From the NCBI GenBank assembly GCA_023818895.1, contig JAMWCX010000003.1:60001-92000 (forward strand): DNA of 32,000 bases, in the 5' to 3' direction. This DNA is from Candidatus Omnitrophota bacterium (GTDB lineage: Bacteria; Omnitrophota; Gorgyraeia; 2-01-FULL-45-10). Within the stretch, counting starts at the first letter, position 1, and each line of letters starts with the position of its first letter. Position numbers and translations under genes: made by a program. The notes beneath the pieces were generated by a model. That model was given only the letters and a program-made list of their open reading frames with translations. It made no database searches and was not told the origin of the DNA. Positions 29,338 through 32,000 of the stretch are shown here, piece by piece.

Positions 29338-30300
29338 TCATTTTACCTCGCCGAAAGGGTTTGTCGCCGGCTCCACCCTTACGCCTTTAAGCTCGCCCTT
29401 TTCCCACTGAAAAGTGAATATTATGGGATGGCCGGCCTTGCTTTTTACGGTCAGGGTTTCGAGGTATTCTCCATCCATCGGCACAGAGGGAGGTGGTGTG
29501 GTTATATTGATACTGACAAGCTGCCCCTCCTTATAGAAATACTGAAATTCGATCGGCCTGCCTTCGACGGTATCTATCTTCAGAAACTTGACGCCCTCTC
29601 TTAAAGGGCTTGCCGGCGCGATATCCATATTTTGCAACTCGGGGTCTGGCCGGCGAGCTGTATAATCTGCCACAAGATAGAGATCCTCTCCTTCCTGCGT
29701 CTTTATATCGAAGGCGACAACCGAATCGTTCGGCTCGAGCACCCTATCAGCCCCGATCTGCTGGACAGCGTCGCCTTTAGACAGCGCAAGCCGCGCCTGA
29801 CGCCTGGCTTCGTCTTTCATCAGACCGGGCTGGCACTGACCGCTCAGCGAGTAGAACCTGCCGCTGGACACTCCTATGATATCTGAGTAAAGCTTCAGCG
29901 CCTCTCCTTCTTTCCTTATCTCACCGGTTATCACAAGGTCCGCGCCCCATCTGTCCCGGTAGCCAGCTACGGCACCGAGCTCATCGTGGACAAGTAACGG
30001 CTTAAGGTGCCTCAGATCTTTCAGCCGGATTTCGGCCTCAGGAGTCAACGGCTTCGCGTCGCCTTCAGAGGCGGTCTTGATCCAGTTTTCAGCAAACTTA
30101 TCACCTGTTACATGAGTATATTTCCTCGATGAGTTAATCTCTTCGATCACCGCCGCGGTCATGTCCTTTTCAACCCCCTTAAGCTCGCCTGTCTTGTCTT
30201 CGAAAGGCACGACGAGCACTCGCGTGCCGGCGCCGTGGCATACGCACGTGCAACAAAATAAAAATAGCATGAAAACAAAAGCCCTGATGCGCATCTTCAT
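29338..30300 (-). CDS. secreted hypothetical protein (first gene of the polysaccharide locus)
   Basis: The ATG at 30300 (MKMRIRAFVFMLFLFCCTCVCHGAG...) gives a signal peptide, and an AGGAGAAGAAAGG ribosome-binding region lies upstream. The track's TTG start at 30339 is less likely. I recognise no family. Confidence 0.6.
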   Translation of the reverse strand: MKMRIRAFVFMLFLFCCTCVCHGAGTRVLVVPFEDKTGELKGVEKDMTAAVIEEINSSRKYTHVTGDKFAENWIKTASEGDAKPLTPEAEIRLKDLRHLKPLLVHDELGAVAGYRDRWGADLVITGEIRKEGEALKLYSDIIGVSSGRFYSLSGQCQPGLMKDEARRQARLALSKGDAVQQIGADRVLEPNDSVVAFDIKTQEGEDLYLVADYTARRPDPELQNMDIAPASPLREGVKFLKIDTVEGRPIEFQYFYKEGQLVSINITTPPPSVPMDGEYLETLTVKSKAGHPIIFTFQWEKGELKGVRVEPATNPFGEVK

Positions 30301-30340
30301 TGTAACCTTTCTTCTCCTACAATAAAGGTTAGTCGTCAAA

Positions 30341-30359
30341 GCTAAATAGAGCTAAATAG
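30341..30359. repeat. tandem 10-nt repeat carrying GCTAAATAG twice (operator-like)
   Basis: GCTAAATAG-A-GCTAAATAG at 30341-30359. A near-copy in inverted orientation (CTATTTAgGC) lies at 30446-30455. Confidence 0.8.
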
Positions 30360-30370
30360 TATTTGATATC

Positions 30371-30399
30371 ATTATATCCCTTTAGGCCGAGAACTCCAA
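30371..30399 (-). promoter_or_regulatory. candidate sigma70 promoter of the polysaccharide locus
   Basis: On the minus strand: TTGGAG (30399-30394), a 17-nt spacer, then TATAAT (30376-30371). The tandem repeat falls at roughly +7 to +30 of the predicted transcript. Confidence 0.5.
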
Positions 30400-30418
30400 C
30401 AGAAATCATTAAGAAAAC

Positions 30419-30447
30419 TTGACATAAAACCTCTTTTACATTACCCT
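30419..30447 (+). promoter_or_regulatory. candidate promoter of cstA
   Basis: TTGACA (30419-30424), a 17-nt spacer, then TACCCT (30442-30447). The -10 is weak and keeps only TA...T. Confidence 0.4.
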
Positions 30448-30470
30448 ATTTAGGCTAAGGGAACAAATTC

Positions 30471-32000
30471 ATGTACGCACTGACGTTGCTTATAGTCTCG
30501 CTTCTTGTCTTCGCGCTCGCCTATCGTTTTTACGCCAAGTTTATAATAACGAAGGTGCTGGTCGTTGATGACCAAAGGATGACACCCGCGTATAGATTTA
30601 ACGATGGCCGGGAATATCATCCGACCAACAGGTACATCCTCTTTGGCCACCATTTCGCTTCTATATCCGGCGCGGGCCCTCTTGTCGGACCGATTCTCGC
30701 CGCACAATTCGGCTATCTTCCGGGTTTCCTTTGGATATTAATAGGCGCGGTACTTGCCGGGGCGGTCCATGATATGGTCATACTCTTCGCGTCAGTAAGA
30801 ACAAAAGGTCTTTCGCTCACAAGGCTTGCGAAAAAAAACGTAAGCAGGGTCGCCGGCATTATAACGGGGCTCGCCATCCTGTTCATCATAATAACGGCCC
30901 TGGCGGGACTTGCTCTGGTAGTCGTCAACGCTCTCAATGAAAGCTCTTGGGCTACCTTCACGATCATCATCACTATACCGGCGGCTATGTTCGTGGCTCT
31001 ATACATGTATCGGATCCGCCCCGGCAAAATCTTCGAGGCTTCCGTTATCGGCATGGCCATAGTAATAGCTGGCGTGGTGCTGGGAGAACCGCTTTCAAGG
31101 TCCGCTTTAGGCGGATATTTTCTTTTTTCAAAGCAGGCTCTATCGGCGTCGCTTCCGCTATACGGCTTTATCGCCTCGATACTTCCTGTCTGGCTCCTTA
31201 TGTGCCCTCGAGATTACCTCAGTTCATACATGAAGATAGGTACAGTAGCGCTCTTGGCTGTCGGAATAGTAGTTGTCAATCCGCATCTTAAGATGCCCGC
31301 TTTCACCAATTATATTCACGGTGGGGGGCCTATAATACCCGGCAAGGTATGGCCTTTTGTCTGTATCACAATCGCATGCGGCGCCATAAGCGGTTTCCAT
31401 GCCCTCATAAGTTCAGGGACAACGCCTAAAATGATAAAACTAGAGTCCGACATTCGCATGATAGGATTCGGGGCGATGCTTGTTGAGTCGATTGTCTCGG
31501 TCATGGCCCTGATAGCCGCTACAGTATTGATACCAGCTGACTATTTCGCGATCAACGTGCCCGTGGATGTATTCCAGAAGCTTGGTCTCCACACAGTACA
31601 ACTTGCGGACATAGAGCGCATGACCGGCGAGGCCCTGGCGGGCAGGACCGGTGGAGCGGTATCGCTCGCAGCGGGAATGTCAGTAATCCTTTCCGCCATC
31701 CCTGGCATGAGGAACCTGATGGGATACTGGTACCATTTCACGATAATGTTTGAGGCGATGTTTATATTGACCACGATAGACACCGGCACGCGCGTGGCCC
31801 GCTATATATTCGACGATCTGGTAAAATTCGCGAATCCGAGATGGACCGGCAAAAAACTTTGGGCGGCTATAGGCAGCGGAGCGGCTGTAAGCTTCCTGTG
31901 GGGATACCTTGTGTGGAACGGTGATATTACGACTATCTGGCCAATGTTCGGGGTAGCAAACCAGCTTCTGGCAACGCTTGCTTTATTGGTGGGGACCGTC
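30471..32000 (+). CDS. cstA: carbon starvation protein A (peptide/pyruvate transporter family), 5' 510 codons; runs off the window end
   Basis: My own translation from the ATG at 30471: MYALTLLIVSLLVFALAYRFYAKFIITKVLVVDDQRMTPAYRFNDGREYHPTNRYILFGHHFASISGAGPLVGPILAAQFGYLPGFLWILIGAVLAGAVHDM... This matches the CstA N-terminal signature (FGHHFA.I.GAGPLVGP.LAAQ.GYLPG). The frame stays open to the window end, so it is absent from the ORF track. Confidence 0.92.
   Translation, partial: MYALTLLIVSLLVFALAYRFYAKFIITKVLVVDDQRMTPAYRFNDGREYHPTNRYILFGHHFASISGAGPLVGPILAAQFGYLPGFLWILIGAVLAGAVHDMVILFASVRTKGLSLTRLAKKNVSRVAGIITGLAILFIIITALAGLALVVVNALNESSWATFTIIITIPAAMFVALYMYRIRPGKIFEASVIGMAIVIAGVVLGEPLSRSALGGYFLFSKQALSASLPLYGFIASILPVWLLMCPRDYLSSYMKIGTVALLAVGIVVVNPHLKMPAFTNYIHGGGPIIPGKVWPFVCITIACGAISGFHALISSGTTPKMIKLESDIRMIGFGAMLVESIVSVMALIAATVLIPADYFAINVPVDVFQKLGLHTVQLADIERMTGEALAGRTGGAVSLAAGMSVILSAIPGMRNLMGYWYHFTIMFEAMFILTTIDTGTRVARYIFDDLVKFANPRWTGKKLWAAIGSGAAVSFLWGYLVWNGDITTIWPMFGVANQLLATLALLVGTV

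Noticed and set aside
30450-31789. Four minus-strand ORFs (30450-30707, 30713-31060, 31316-31504, 31541-31789) and one plus-strand ORF (30947-31291).
   Set aside because: All lie inside the long open plus-strand frame starting at 30471, which translates to an unmistakable CstA N-terminus. The track omits cstA only because it has no stop codon in the window.

Overview
Bacterial chromosomal window, almost fully coding. It looks diderm (an outer-membrane beta-barrel is present) and probably anaerobic (Rnf complex, pyruvoyl arginine decarboxylase). The lineage cannot be assigned from sequence alone. Layout: (1) 1-5355, minus-strand de novo purine operon purB-purC-purM-purD-purE, ending in a truncated tsaC/sua5. 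(2) 5.6-10 kb, a polyamine neighbourhood. Homospermidine synthase and an ornithine/lysine-type PLP decarboxylase lie on the plus strand. An initiator tRNA-Met and a bidirectional terminator follow. Convergent pyruvoyl arginine decarboxylase and agmatinase lie on the minus strand. (3) 8.5-20 kb, one tightly packed minus-strand array: rnfCDGEAB, thioredoxin, an SxtI/J/K-like carbamoyltransferase trio, purN, eno, ftsB, speB, pdaD. (4) 20-22 kb: a strongly signalled 56-aa cysteine-rich mini-protein divergent from rnfC, an MFS transporter, a small ORF, and tRNA-Thr(CGU) with a duplicated 3' end. (5) 22.2-30.3 kb, the most interesting part: a nine-gene minus-strand locus that looks like an uncharacterised synthase-dependent exopolysaccharide system. 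It has a processive GT2 synthase, a TPR/beta-barrel exporter and a GH26-like hydrolase. Its accessory genes are unusual: two paralogous half-size rubrerythrin-like proteins, a TudS/DUF523-like Fe-S protein, a secreted protein, a 4-TM protein and a Trp/Arg-rich protein. (6) 30471-32000, the 5' part of cstA. No CRISPR array, transposase, integrase or rRNA was seen. All functional calls rest on my reading of the translated ORFs and their motifs; no database search was run. The ORF track writes alternative start codons (TTG/GTG) as M, so I re-set several starts.
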